A stretch of DNA of 64,000 nt from a virus (IMGVR_UViG_2913167280_000003:1-64000), one strand, 5' to 3'; positions 42,789 through 52,586 are shown, counted from the first letter of the stretch. Translations and numbers: made by a program. Notes: a model not told the origin generated them from the letters alone.

Positions 42789-43370
42789 TTACTGGAACGC
42801 CCGAATAATATCGGAGCTGTTATATATCGAAGAACCGGTCAACTGGAGGTTGACGGTGTTTTTCAGGAAATGCCCATTACTATCCCTGGGGGCATCGAGA
42901 TCGAAACTAAGGTCCTGGATAGCGACATCAATGATGTTGATCCGGCGACCAATGTTTAGCGTCACACGCTCCGGGATTCGACCACCAATACTGGCGTCTT
43001 TAAGTTCCGGGCTAATCATTGCTGACAACGCGGCGATAGCACCTGAAACTTCCGTATATGGGTTAAACAAAGCAATGAAAGTTACTGGCAGCGTGAAAGT
43101 CGGCGGTGTCCCCCCTTCCCAAACCATTAAGCTGTTCCAACGGGCAACTGACGTTGTTTCAGTACCAACCTGCGCAAAACCACTGAAGGCACCAGCAACA
43201 GAACCCATAGACATACCGGTAAACGGCGCTTCCCAATTCTGGGCCAGATTCATTGCCGCCCCCTGGCTGATATATCCGGTAACCTGGTACTGAGAGTTCG
43301 TTAAAGTAACTTTCAGAAATGGCGATACACCGTCAGCCTGGCTGTAAACCCCAAAAGGTATAGGTACCAT
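42789..43370 (-). CDS. Virion structural protein (PmgG-like position)
   Basis: 193-aa ORF in the structural operon. Confidence 0.4.
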   Translation of the reverse strand: MVPIPFGVYSQADGVSPFLKVTLTNSQYQVTGYISQGAAMNLAQNWEAPFTGMSMGSVAGAFSGFAQVGTETTSVARWNSLMVWEGGTPPTFTLPVTFIALFNPYTEVSGAIAALSAMISPELKDASIGGRIPERVTLNIGRRINIIDVAIQDLSFDLDAPRDSNGHFLKNTVNLQLTGSSIYNSSDIIRAFQ

Positions 43371-43405
43371 TCAAGTTAAAGGCCGGAGTTCTCCGGCCTC
43401 CTCCT

Positions 43406-44218
43406 TTAGCCGAGGCGCTTACGGCGCAGTTTCATTGACTTTTTGCGGGCCAGTTTTGCCGCGCCGGTCTGGGCTTTACGACGCGCTTTTTTCAGCGCCG
43501 ATTTTTGAGCCGCAGTCAGACGTTTTTTACGCAGACGTTTACGGATGAGCTTGATCTCACCGTTACGAACAACCTTCTTAAATGCTTCAGTCAGCATTTC
43601 ATCAGAAGTGCCAGCAACAACAAACGCCGCTTCCAGTTCGTCGCGGTCGTCGCTATCCAAACCAGCGATAGCGGAACCAACATCAGCAGCTGCGTCGTCG
43701 TCTTCATCGTCGGCCAGTGCTTCGATCAGGTCATCATCTACACCGCATGCTGCGAGGAAGTCAGCAACATTTGCCCATGCTTCGTTATAGGCATCGTCCT
43801 GTTCTTCTGTAACTTCGGTGTCGTCGTCAGAGATACCAGCAATAGCCTGAACGAAACCATCAAGGGAGTCGAAAGTCAGATCACCGCTATCAGCCCAGGC
43901 GAAAACGGCATCGGCCGCATTACTCAACGCATTCTGCATAGCACTTCGATTTGCAGCTTCCAGAATCATCTTGTGCGCCTGTTCGACGGTCCATTCTTTA
44001 CCATCTTTTCCTTCCAGGATTTGCTCAGGTGCCGGGTCAGATTGAACGTTCTCGTTAATCTGTGCCGCCGGTTCCGGATTATTATTAATCACCGGTTCGG
44101 TTGGCGGTTGGGCACTTGCACGGGCAGATTCCATCAACTGAACCGGATCAGCGTTCAAAGCGAAACGGGACAATTCATTCCCCAAAAATGCCCCGGATTG
44201 AAAAAAGTTTTTGCTCAT
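43406..44218 (-). CDS. Acidic structural/scaffold-like protein with basic C-terminal tail (gp21-like position)
   Basis: 270-aa ORF, strongly acidic centre and Lys/Arg-rich C-terminus, directly downstream of the sheath-like gene. Confidence 0.4.
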   Translation of the reverse strand: MSKNFFQSGAFLGNELSRFALNADPVQLMESARASAQPPTEPVINNNPEPAAQINENVQSDPAPEQILEGKDGKEWTVEQAHKMILEAANRSAMQNALSNAADAVFAWADSGDLTFDSLDGFVQAIAGISDDDTEVTEEQDDAYNEAWANVADFLAACGVDDDLIEALADDEDDDAAADVGSAIAGLDSDDRDELEAAFVVAGTSDEMLTEAFKKVVRNGEIKLIRKRLRKKRLTAAQKSALKKARRKAQTGAAKLARKKSMKLRRKRLG

Positions 44219-44227
44219 TGTATTCCC

Positions 44228-45817
44228 TTACTTAATAAGCAGCGGTACGCCCTGGATACGACGGGCTACACCTGTCGGGCAGCAGGCCCAGACCACTTCC
44301 CATTTATCGAATTCCGCCTGCGTAACTTTCAGCACATACGGTTCTGTACCGTCAGCATCCGGATCACGAGGAGCCACCAGAGCGCCGGAGGCAACAAAGC
44401 GATCTAAAAGTTTGGTCATCCCTTTAGTCAGGCCAGCCGCAGTAATGCCGTCCGGGCTATGCTTCATCTGTCTGGCTAACTGGACAAAGAAACGGCTGAT
44501 TGCGTTCATCAGGGATGGGACGTGCTGGAAGTGCAGATAGTTATCCTGCGTGCAGCAAGTTAGAGCGTCGTCGATGATCATCTGGCCAGAGGTGCCCACA
44601 GATACTTTATTCAGACGGCCCTTAACCATTGCTTCTTCGTCCGGGGTATCTTCCGGATACAGCGGTTGAATTGATGCACGAGCAATGACGGCACGTTCTT
44701 CACCAGCCGGTGAGTAATGCCAACCGCCGACATCGGAATTTTTCTTAACGCCACGGGCTTTTGCCGCATACGCCGTGCCAGACAAACCGAAGACCACACG
44801 GGATTGGGTCCATTTGTCTTTGCAGGAGAACGGGTAGTGATAGAAAGCACAGCTTACATAATCGGTACCAAGTAAACCGGTATCTTCAACAGCAGAGAGC
44901 GCTTCCGTATACGTCAATGTCGGTTTGACATCAAAGAAGCCATCAATCAGGCGATCAGAACAGATATTACCTAACGCGGTGATCGCCGCATTGTCATAGC
45001 AACCCAGGCCGAGAACAGCGGTGTACATGTACGGCGCATTGTTCAGCACCTTAACCGCACGCAGGTAGGCTTCGGTGGAGATTTTCGACTGATCGCCGTT
45101 GGTACCGCCAGTGAACGCCAGTGATTTTTTATTTGTTACTTTCGCGGTCGAAATCAGCTCTTCATTAACAACCGCGCGCAGATATTTAGAACGGGCTTCC
45201 AGAGCCGTAGGCAGATAACACAATCGGCCCATATCATCTTTCGCTTCTTCCGCCAAAGATACAATATGTGTCTCCAGGGTCGTAACCACACCGAGCGAAG
45301 TCGTCTGGGTCAGTTTCAGGAGGAAGCGTTCATTACCTGCGCTGTCCGCAGCTGCCGTTTCGATGGTTAACTCACGCGTAGGTGAAACGCATGGGTCGCC
45401 GTCATCAACGTAGATCGCAAAGGCTTCGCCGCTATCAAGTTCAATTTCAGAACCGTATGGCAACGCGCTGTAAGCCGGTTCGCCTGATTCATCGAACATG
45501 ATAATCGGGAACTTCGCATCATCCGGAACAGCACGAACAACGTAACCAGACGTTTGCTGAATAGCTTCGTACACATGACGAATTGATTCGAACTGTGAGC
45601 CGGAAGACGGTTTCAGCGGTTCGCCGAGAACATCTTCGTAATTGGACTCAGTAACAGCGAGAACAGTAAACGGCTTGCCACGCGCAAATACGCCAATACC
45701 AGCCCATAAGCTGCTATTTAATGCCACACCGGTAGATAACGTCGCATCGGCATTGATCGGGCTAACCGCGACGCCGGATGCATTACCTAATGACTGTTGA
45801 ATTGAATATTGAGACAT
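44228..45817 (-). CDS. Tail sheath protein (gp22-like)
   Basis: 529-aa ORF immediately downstream of the major capsid gene; size and position as recalled for P1 gene 22. Confidence 0.55.
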   Translation of the reverse strand: MSQYSIQQSLGNASGVAVSPINADATLSTGVALNSSLWAGIGVFARGKPFTVLAVTESNYEDVLGEPLKPSSGSQFESIRHVYEAIQQTSGYVVRAVPDDAKFPIIMFDESGEPAYSALPYGSEIELDSGEAFAIYVDDGDPCVSPTRELTIETAAADSAGNERFLLKLTQTTSLGVVTTLETHIVSLAEEAKDDMGRLCYLPTALEARSKYLRAVVNEELISTAKVTNKKSLAFTGGTNGDQSKISTEAYLRAVKVLNNAPYMYTAVLGLGCYDNAAITALGNICSDRLIDGFFDVKPTLTYTEALSAVEDTGLLGTDYVSCAFYHYPFSCKDKWTQSRVVFGLSGTAYAAKARGVKKNSDVGGWHYSPAGEERAVIARASIQPLYPEDTPDEEAMVKGRLNKVSVGTSGQMIIDDALTCCTQDNYLHFQHVPSLMNAISRFFVQLARQMKHSPDGITAAGLTKGMTKLLDRFVASGALVAPRDPDADGTEPYVLKVTQAEFDKWEVVWACCPTGVARRIQGVPLLIK

Positions 45818-45832
45818 AACTTTTCCTGTTAT

Positions 45833-45850
45833 GCGCCCCCGCGGGGGCGC
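45833..45850. promoter_or_regulatory. Perfect GC-rich palindromic hairpin between the capsid and sheath genes
   Basis: GCGCCCCCGCGGGGGCGC; candidate attenuator or RNA stability/processing element. Confidence 0.4.
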
Positions 45851-45876
45851 TATGTTAAACGGAGAGCTTCCCCTGA

Positions 45877-47604
45877 TTACTCAGAGTCACCAGCATCAAT
45901 CGTGTTACCGGTCAGGAAGTTAATTCCGCCATTTTTGGCCATAGTCAGAGTTACACGGGTGAAGTAGTCAGCACCGTTGCGTGGATGCATATCGTTGATA
46001 GCAGAACCCCACAGAGTGGTTCGGTTGACCAGTGCCGGGGTGGTCGGATGCTGGAATGGGATAGCTGGGACCGCATCACCAGTCACGAAGCCTGCCTTGC
46101 CCGGATTTTCATCACGGACGTAGCACAGCACATCCATCGGGCTGAACTGGATACCTTCGGCGGTCAGGTTCGTGCAAATACCCTCAGGTACTTCGTACAC
46201 CTTCACGTTACCGAACAGGGTGCCGATGAAGTGAACGTACGGAGTCTGGGTATAGTCTTCAGCTGGCTGGAAGAAATCCTTCGGAAGCTGTTTGAAGAAA
46301 GATGCTGCATCAGCACCAGCAAACATCCCCATCGCACCAGAAGATTTAACGCGCTCAATAATGTCGCGATATACAGTCTGGAATTTGCCGCGAATGATGG
46401 TTGCCCATACATCAAAGGATTGGTTAACCGGCAGAGCGATGTCAAAGGAGTCGGTCGCAAGAGTACGCCAGATCATGATGCGAAGACGCAGCATATCCTG
46501 TTCATGAGACAGGTATTCCTTCAGGGTGCGGAACTGTAGGGAACCCAGGTCCAGACCAAACTCACGCTGTGCTTCATACGCCGCCTGTACCGTGTGCTCA
46601 GCCGCGATAACGAACTGGCTTGGGAACAAGGTGTATTTCTTCATTTCGTGGTTGATCAGCGGGATAAGCTCAGGAGCGGCTTCAATATTGATTTCCGTCT
46701 CAATTGCGATCTCAGTGCCTTTATCCGGCGCTTTGGAGAACGACAGGGCAATCTGACCAATGTTGTAGTTCAGAGAGCAGGTAACAGTGATTTGCTCCCC
46801 AGCAGCATTAGTAAACGAGTGAAGTAGGCTGCCGGAGCCGTTATCAACAACAGACTTAATACGGTTAACGTAGATGTTAGTGCGACCTTTGCGAATTGGG
46901 ACATTCTGGCCTTCGAAGTCTTCCATCTTGAAGGTTGCGGTTTTGCTGGTGCCATCGGAGCTTGCCACCAGCACATAGCGGCGGCGTAACTGGCTGTACA
47001 CACCAACGGACTGCATGTCCAGAACATCACCAGCAGCATAAGAACCAAAAGAAGAACCCGCCACGTTAAAGACTTCGTAGATGTCGGACTGGTCACGCGT
47101 AACCGGAATGAAGGTACACGCATCAGCGGTAGCTGCCCCCAACTGAACAGGCAGGATCATCGCCAGGAATAAAGGCAGACGCATAACACCGTCAGAAACA
47201 CTCATCATCTCTGCCGCGACTGATTCCAGCATCGCTTTATTGGTGGAGTCCATGCTATTGCGGGTGGACTCAATCAGGCAGTTTTCCAGCGTCTGGTGGC
47301 AGGAGGCCAGAATTTCCGGACGCGGCATAGATTTATGTGTTGCGGCATAGTCAGCCAGTGCACTTGCCCATGCGGTAGCAATTTGAGCGGTGGCATTATC
47401 AGAAATACCCGCAAAAATCGGGTCTTTGCGTGCAGCTTCAAGGATAGATGCGGCACGCGCGGCATCATCTTTGATGAATTGGTTATCAGTACCGAACTGT
47501 GCTGTACTTGCCCAGCCAAGAACGGCTTTAGAGCGTTTTGCGATATCTGCAATACGATTCTGGTATTCGCGTAAGTTACTCAAGTTACTCTTCCTTAAAC
47601 ACAA
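45877..47604 (-). CDS. Major capsid protein (gp23-like)
   Basis: 575-aa ORF adjacent to parS, preceded by a late-promoter-like motif; TTG start in the ORF track, so the true start is uncertain. Confidence 0.55.
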   Translation of the reverse strand: MCLRKSNLSNLREYQNRIADIAKRSKAVLGWASTAQFGTDNQFIKDDAARAASILEAARKDPIFAGISDNATAQIATAWASALADYAATHKSMPRPEILASCHQTLENCLIESTRNSMDSTNKAMLESVAAEMMSVSDGVMRLPLFLAMILPVQLGAATADACTFIPVTRDQSDIYEVFNVAGSSFGSYAAGDVLDMQSVGVYSQLRRRYVLVASSDGTSKTATFKMEDFEGQNVPIRKGRTNIYVNRIKSVVDNGSGSLLHSFTNAAGEQITVTCSLNYNIGQIALSFSKAPDKGTEIAIETEINIEAAPELIPLINHEMKKYTLFPSQFVIAAEHTVQAAYEAQREFGLDLGSLQFRTLKEYLSHEQDMLRLRIMIWRTLATDSFDIALPVNQSFDVWATIIRGKFQTVYRDIIERVKSSGAMGMFAGADAASFFKQLPKDFFQPAEDYTQTPYVHFIGTLFGNVKVYEVPEGICTNLTAEGIQFSPMDVLCYVRDENPGKAGFVTGDAVPAIPFQHPTTPALVNRTTLWGSAINDMHPRNGADYFTRVTLTMAKNGGINFLTGNTIDAGDSE

Positions 47605-47634
47605 GGCACTTGTGTGAATCCCTTTTCGGAAGAG

Positions 47635-47659
47635 ATTTTATTGAAAGTCACTTGTTGAC
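47635..47659 (-). promoter_or_regulatory. P1-type late promoter candidate upstream of the major capsid gene
   Basis: Minus strand reads GTCAACAAGTGACTT, TCAA, TAAAAT about 30 nt upstream of the ORF start. Confidence 0.45.
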
Positions 47660-47720
47660 TTTCTCGCGAAAAGTAATTTTTTAAATTTTTTATGCGGGGA
47701 AGCGGACGGTGAAAGCAGGC

Positions 47721-47800
47721 GTTAAATCGTGGGAATTTCAGTCTGAAATTTTTCTAAAAAATATATTTAAATCATGATGTTAGAAATGAAATTGGCGCGG
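47721..47800. other. parS: parS-like partition centromere
   Basis: About 80 bp downstream of parB, AT-rich centre flanked by heptamer-like boxes (AATTTCA, TGAAATT); layout resembles the P1 parS as I recall it but the box sequences differ. Confidence 0.5.
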
Positions 47801-47847
47801 GACATTTTAGGAAGGGGAGGGGCTAACACCACCTCCCACCAGCAGGT

Positions 47848-48813
47848 TTATTTTCCTGCGGACATTTTCTCAATGATTTTTTTTATTGCTTCGTCAATTT
47901 CAGTTTGCACTTCAGATGGGAGTCTGGAGAACTCGTAGGCGACTACTCGTTTTTTCGGATCGGTCTTCTTTCGTGCGTACTGGCGTCGGTCAGAGAAATC
48001 TCGCAGCTTCTCTACCACTACAGATTTAACCGGCGCAGGTTTCAGGCTTTTGCTTTCCGCTTTGAAGATAGCCAGTATCTTCGCTTTATCCTCTTTCGCG
48101 CCCTCAGTCTCTGCAATTCGCTCGCGCACCGTATCAACCAGTTCTCCAATCGGTACGTTTTTAGCGTTAGCATCTTCGGAGATCTGGAGCAGCAACTGGT
48201 AATCAGGCAGGGCGAGATCGCTGGCAACAGGGAAGACAGCAATCATCTCATCCGGCACTGCCGCAGCCTGGAAAGCTCGCGTCACTTTAGCCTTTGAGAT
48301 GTTCTCAGCTCGGGCGATCTCTTCTTTGGTCATATTCTTGCCGTACATAACCTCGAAGCGTTTACCCAGCTCGCGCAGGGTGTGTTCGCGGGCTGTCTGG
48401 ATATCAATGGCCAGCTGGCGGGCATCCGCCAGGCTGATCTCATCTTTTGTCACCAGAATCTCAAATTTCGTTTCATTGAAGATACACGCAGCGCGGCGGC
48501 GTGATCCGTCCAATACCTCAATGCGCTCCCCAACCATACGACCGATAGCCGGGAAGAACTGTTGCAATTTAATGGTGCGGGAAATATCGCTTACCGACTC
48601 AGGAGTAAGCAGAGACTGATCGCGGCCGTTAACTGCCGGGTCAACGAACGTGCGCGACTCAATCTCACCACTCAGCACAACGGTAAGCAAAAATTTAGCC
48701 TGGCGGCCAGATTTTAGGGTAAAGGTTTTGGTGCCTTCACTGCCTTCAAGCATGCGAGCAAACTCGGAGCTATTCTTGCCCAGCACTCGTCCACGGGAAA
48801 CTATTTTCTTCAT
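47848..48813 (-). CDS. parB: Partition protein ParB (centromere-binding)
   Basis: 321-aa ORF overlapping the parA stop; ParB-box-like LDGSRRRAACIF. Confidence 0.85.
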   Translation of the reverse strand: MKKIVSRGRVLGKNSSEFARMLEGSEGTKTFTLKSGRQAKFLLTVVLSGEIESRTFVDPAVNGRDQSLLTPESVSDISRTIKLQQFFPAIGRMVGERIEVLDGSRRRAACIFNETKFEILVTKDEISLADARQLAIDIQTAREHTLRELGKRFEVMYGKNMTKEEIARAENISKAKVTRAFQAAAVPDEMIAVFPVASDLALPDYQLLLQISEDANAKNVPIGELVDTVRERIAETEGAKEDKAKILAIFKAESKSLKPAPVKSVVVEKLRDFSDRRQYARKKTDPKKRVVAYEFSRLPSEVQTEIDEAIKKIIEKMSAGK

Positions 48814-50021
48814 GCCGACTCACCCCTGACAAACTCAATCCGATCAAACACAGCCTTAGTGAAACGCTCGGCCTCGGTTCGTGCCTTCTTCAGTGCCTCA
48901 GCACTGCCTGGATATGATTGCGGGTTGGCACTGATTACGGTGTCGAAAGACTCGCCGCATCGCTCGAAGCCATCCAGGCGAGGCAGAGAAGAGTCCAGAA
49001 TGTTGCTGGCGTAAACCTCGCGCGCAAGGCTGTGTGATGTCTCGTGGTCGCGCTTGCCGGTCATCTTCGACATAAAACCAATGCTGGCGCTTAAACGCGG
49101 CTCTACGCCTTCCTCCTCCAGTTGCTCCAGCATTTCTGGCAGACGGGTGAGATATTTCAGAGTTGAGTGGAAGTCAACCTGGGCTGGTGGGGTAGGGGTA
49201 AGCAACAGATCGCTTGCCGCCAGACCGTTAAGCAGGAACGGATCCAGGTGCGGACCGGTATCGATAAAGATAAAGTCATAATCGTCAGCAACACGATCAA
49301 TGATATTGCGTCGAAGGATTTCGTACTGATTTTGTCCAGGAAGATGCTCTTCAACCAGCTCTTTCCATTGGCTGGCAACAAAACCATCGTCGATAGAGGC
49401 TGGAATCACGTCTACGCCAGGAACGATGGTCGGACGAATCACCTCTTTGCGTAGCGTCTCCGCGTCCAGGTCGTTCAGCATCGCCTGCGCGGCTGTTTCC
49501 AGAATGGAGCCAATACTGTGAGTATGGTCGAGGAACATTGTGCTGGATGCCTGCGGGTCAAGGTCAATAACCAGAATGCGCAGGTCGTGACGCAGTAAAT
49601 CCTGATGCACACGCAGCGCGTGCGCCAACGTGACTGTGGAAACCGTTTTGGATACGCCACCTTTCAGGTTTACGACAAAAATAACGTAAGGCGATTTGTG
49701 AATGTCGCGATATTTGGGAATCTTGCGGTGGGCATAGATATCAATGACGTTCTGGATGGTGAGCGCGTACTGTTCAACGTTACCGACCTGTTTCTTGTTG
49801 AACTGGTACCCATCATCTTCCATCTCTTTGATGGCCTGCTCCACAATGCGGCGGCTCAGCTTCGGCAACTTTGCCACAGCGTTACGAGTAAACGTCTGAT
49901 AATACTCGGTCTGATTGAACTCTTTGCGCTGATCTTCGATATCCTGGCTCATGGCCTTCAGCAATGCGCTTGCACGAAGAGCTATGGTGCCGACACCGCC
50001 GTAATCGCGTTTCATCATCAT
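48810..50021 (-). CDS. parA: Partition ATPase ParA
   Basis: 403-aa ORF with deviant Walker A NLKGGVSKTVSTVTLAHAL, between the incA iterons and parB. Confidence 0.9.
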   Translation of the reverse strand: MMMKRDYGGVGTIALRASALLKAMSQDIEDQRKEFNQTEYYQTFTRNAVAKLPKLSRRIVEQAIKEMEDDGYQFNKKQVGNVEQYALTIQNVIDIYAHRKIPKYRDIHKSPYVIFVVNLKGGVSKTVSTVTLAHALRVHQDLLRHDLRILVIDLDPQASSTMFLDHTHSIGSILETAAQAMLNDLDAETLRKEVIRPTIVPGVDVIPASIDDGFVASQWKELVEEHLPGQNQYEILRRNIIDRVADDYDFIFIDTGPHLDPFLLNGLAASDLLLTPTPPAQVDFHSTLKYLTRLPEMLEQLEEEGVEPRLSASIGFMSKMTGKRDHETSHSLAREVYASNILDSSLPRLDGFERCGESFDTVISANPQSYPGSAEALKKARTEAERFTKAVFDRIEFVRGESA

Positions 50022-50130
50022 CTCCTTATCGTTTCGTATAAGTGAATTGTACGTGTGATTCTGTTACGTGCAACTTTTTTTGATATGTGCGTTATTTATT
50101 GCACGTTATGAAATAGCGAAGGGGCTATTC

Positions 50131-50416
50131 GATGTGTGCTGGAGGGATGATGAAGGCCCAGAATATGCGATAGAGGGAAGTCGCATTAAATTATGTGTTG
50201 TGGAGGGACCGCAGGTATCAAATATGTGCGCTGAAGGGAAAGACAGAAGATTAGATGTGCGCTGGAGGGAAAACCGGATGGTTAGATGTGTGCTGGAGGG
50301 AAAGTCTGGGCAAACTGCGGGGCGCAGCCCTCCAGCGCACACCAAAAACAGGAAAATGGACAGGCATTCCCGGCAGCGCACATTTTTCAAATGCAGCTGC
50401 CCTCCAGCACACACTT
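50131..50416. repeat. incA: incA iteron array (RepA-binding 19-bp repeats, both orientations)
   Basis: At least eight copies or variants of GATGTGTGCTGGAGGGAAA (for example 50131-50149, 50254-50272, 50285-50303; inverted at 50326-50343 and 50398-50416). Confidence 0.85.
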
Positions 50417-51275
50417 ATTCGGGAAGTTTCAGCTTTGGATTGCGAGAATGGACGATTACAAAACTTTCCCGGCCTTTCTTCTCAATTGAACAGTCGAGAT
50501 AACCGATTGTTTTAAGCTGTTCTATCGCTTTCTTAATGATACGGTTTTGTTCGCCAACAGCTGACTGCAAAGCCAGGCGCTCGCGGATTCGCGCGAACGA
50601 TAGCGGCAACGGGTTCTGCGGAAGGCTTTCGATGAAAGTGTAAATGGCTTGCGCAGCTTCTTTCTTCGGAAGGGCGCGCAAGGCGTGGTGCTGCAACAGG
50701 ACACGATAATCAAGCTGGAACAGCTCCCACAGCTTCGAGTCGGCTTCCAGCTCGATCAGATCGAGGTCAGCATCGAAACGTCCGACCTTCAACAGACCAG
50801 TCTGGTAGCCACCTTTAGCATCTTTACCGCGCTTAAAAGCGATACCCTTGTTACGCAAGCGGCCAAGTGATTCATGAATGGTTAAACGCAGTTTCGCATC
50901 CAGACGTTTTGAGGGGAAACCACAGGCTTTAGCGAACTCCTGAAACGATAACTGGATGGTGTTTGAAGACAAGCCGTATTTGCTGAACGCGTAGATGACA
51001 CCGATCCACGTTTTGAAATCAGTATCCATATCGAGTCGAGGACCGGTGATTTTAATATCATCGTAACCCTCGGCTTTAGCTATCTCCAGCTGGGAAAATG
51101 CTTTGGTGGCATCAATCTCTTTACTTTCTCCTTTGCTCTTTGATGGCTTCGGCACGAATACCCCCAAACGCATCAACGCTACAGGCTGCACAGTGTTGTT
51201 TGAATTAACTGTTAGTTCTTTTGCCTTACTTTCAATGTCTGCGTAAAGAATATCGGATATAAAAGATTGATTCAT
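50415..51275 (-). CDS. repA: Plasmid replication initiator RepA
   Basis: 286-aa ORF flanked by iteron arrays on both sides, matching P1 RepA length and the P1 iteron sequence. Confidence 0.9.
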   Translation of the reverse strand: MNQSFISDILYADIESKAKELTVNSNNTVQPVALMRLGVFVPKPSKSKGESKEIDATKAFSQLEIAKAEGYDDIKITGPRLDMDTDFKTWIGVIYAFSKYGLSSNTIQLSFQEFAKACGFPSKRLDAKLRLTIHESLGRLRNKGIAFKRGKDAKGGYQTGLLKVGRFDADLDLIELEADSKLWELFQLDYRVLLQHHALRALPKKEAAQAIYTFIESLPQNPLPLSFARIRERLALQSAVGEQNRIIKKAIEQLKTIGYLDCSIEKKGRESFVIVHSRNPKLKLPE

Positions 51276-51289
51276 ATTGCTTTTTCCGA

Positions 51290-51560
51290 ATTATGTGGAT
51301 AGTTTTTATCAGTGATGATAACTACCCAGGCTTTCCCGTCAGCACACATCCTATATCCCGCCAGCACACATTAGCAACCCGTCAGCACACATTTTTTTCC
51401 CTCCAGCGCACATCATTTTCCCTCCAGCACACATCGCGAAAGGCTTCTAAGCCAGACGGGACGCGGCCTACAACGATCAGGGATCTATATGGATCTAATT
51501 GGGATCTGTATGGACCTGATTATTGGATCTATCCAGTGGATAATGTGGATAAGTGAAAAA
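51290..51560. other. oriR: Plasmid origin oriR: DnaA boxes, incC iterons, GATC-rich region
   Basis: Five same-orientation iterons (51333-51435), five GATC sites within 55 bp (51474-51529), DnaA-box matches TGTGGATAA (51544-51552) and TGTGGATAG (51294-51302). Confidence 0.8.
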
Positions 51561-51593
51561 CCGGCCAACGTAGCCGGTTGGAAGGGAGTCGTA

Positions 51594-51986
51594 TTATTCT
51601 ACGCTTTCGATGAGAAGACCATGTTCATAGCATTTAAGCTCATCGCCCTCGTACAGGAATTGGTATCCAATACCACCATATTCAGGCACGTTAGGGAACA
51701 ATTCATCACTCGCCGAAGAACAAATCACACCAATGCAGCGATCAACATTTTCTCGTTCTTCAGTGCTGAAGAAATCCTCTTCAGTAAGCACTTGAGTACA
51801 TTCCTCATCAGCATAAGTCGGGAATACATGCTCAATACAATCTGGGTGCTTTAAGCCCAGCTGATCAGCAAGTTCGAAGGCATGACGGAATTGTTCAGAA
51901 CCTGGCTTGCCTACAGTGATTTGCTCAATTTTGTAGATTGAAGTCGCTTTGTTGATAGTTTGCTTAACTGTTACTTTATCAGACAT
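51594..51986 (-). CDS. Hypothetical protein (UpfA-like position)
   Basis: 130-aa acidic ORF beyond the origin. Confidence 0.35.
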   Translation of the reverse strand: MSDKVTVKQTINKATSIYKIEQITVGKPGSEQFRHAFELADQLGLKHPDCIEHVFPTYADEECTQVLTEEDFFSTEERENVDRCIGVICSSASDELFPNVPEYGGIGYQFLYEGDELKCYEHGLLIESVE

Positions 51987-51997
51987 AAAAATCCCTT

Positions 51998-52330
51998 TTA
52001 GTTACCGCTGATAGCGCGGTTGTAGTCATTGACGTTGCGATTCTTCCTGTTAATCCCCATCAGCATCGTTTCTGTATCGAGGATATAGGCTGGCAGATCA
52101 TCAAAATATTCACTGCTAAACTCTGGCATCCTACACATAAACGCACTTTTGGGGGCAGGGTGGTTAACCTTTGTCGGCGTCGGCGTTAAATTCGCTGATC
52201 GACTCCCGGAGCAACCGCTGAGTGTCAGCAGGAATGCGCTGGCGAACACTACCTGACGCAACCAGTTGTTTCTGAACTTCAGCTTTTCGTTCCATTTGTC
52301 TGTCTGCATACTTCGCTTGTTCTGATTCAT
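51998..52330 (-). CDS. Outer-membrane lipoprotein, candidate o-spanin
   Basis: Signal peptide with lipobox LTLSGC followed by a Pro-rich region; its start lies inside the upstream TM/coiled-coil gene in another frame. True start probably the internal Met (MQTDK). Confidence 0.5.
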   Translation of the reverse strand: MNQNKRSMQTDKWNEKLKFRNNWLRQVVFASAFLLTLSGCSGSRSANLTPTPTKVNHPAPKSAFMCRMPEFSSEYFDDLPAYILDTETMLMGINRKNRNVNDYNRAISGN

Positions 52331-52586
52331 TTTTCACTTCCTGGCTGTGAAAATGTTGATCCGCTTTATTCATCGTCTCAATGGTCTGGTTAAGATCAAT
52401 GATTGACTTATCGCGCTCCTTAACAGCCTGATCAAGGCTGCCAATTTTCTCCAAGGCTTGCTTTAACTGATAACGTTCCCATGCAAACCCAGCACCAACA
52501 AGTGCGCAAATCAGGACAAGAACACCAGCAACAGCAAGTTTCTCCTTCAAAGACAAAGCTGTTTTTAACGTTGAAAAAAACGACAT
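52164..52586 (-). CDS. N-terminal TM anchor plus periplasmic coiled-coil protein, candidate i-spanin
   Basis: 140-aa ORF; TM helix LAVAGVLVLICALVGAGFAW followed by a coiled-coil-like region; 3' end overlaps the lipoprotein gene. Confidence 0.5.
   Translation of the reverse strand: MSFFSTLKTALSLKEKLAVAGVLVLICALVGAGFAWERYQLKQALEKIGSLDQAVKERDKSIIDLNQTIETMNKADQHFHSQEVKNESEQAKYADRQMERKAEVQKQLVASGSVRQRIPADTQRLLRESISEFNADADKG

Noticed and set aside
47602-47618. CACAAGGCACTTGTGTG inverted repeat as another late promoter
   Set aside because: It overlaps the capsid gene start and lacks the N4-TANNNT spacing seen in the other instances.
50131-51436. Clustered short direct repeats as a possible CRISPR array
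   Set aside because: The repeats are 19-bp RepA iterons in mixed orientation with irregular spacing around repA, not uniform repeat-spacer units; no cas genes are present.
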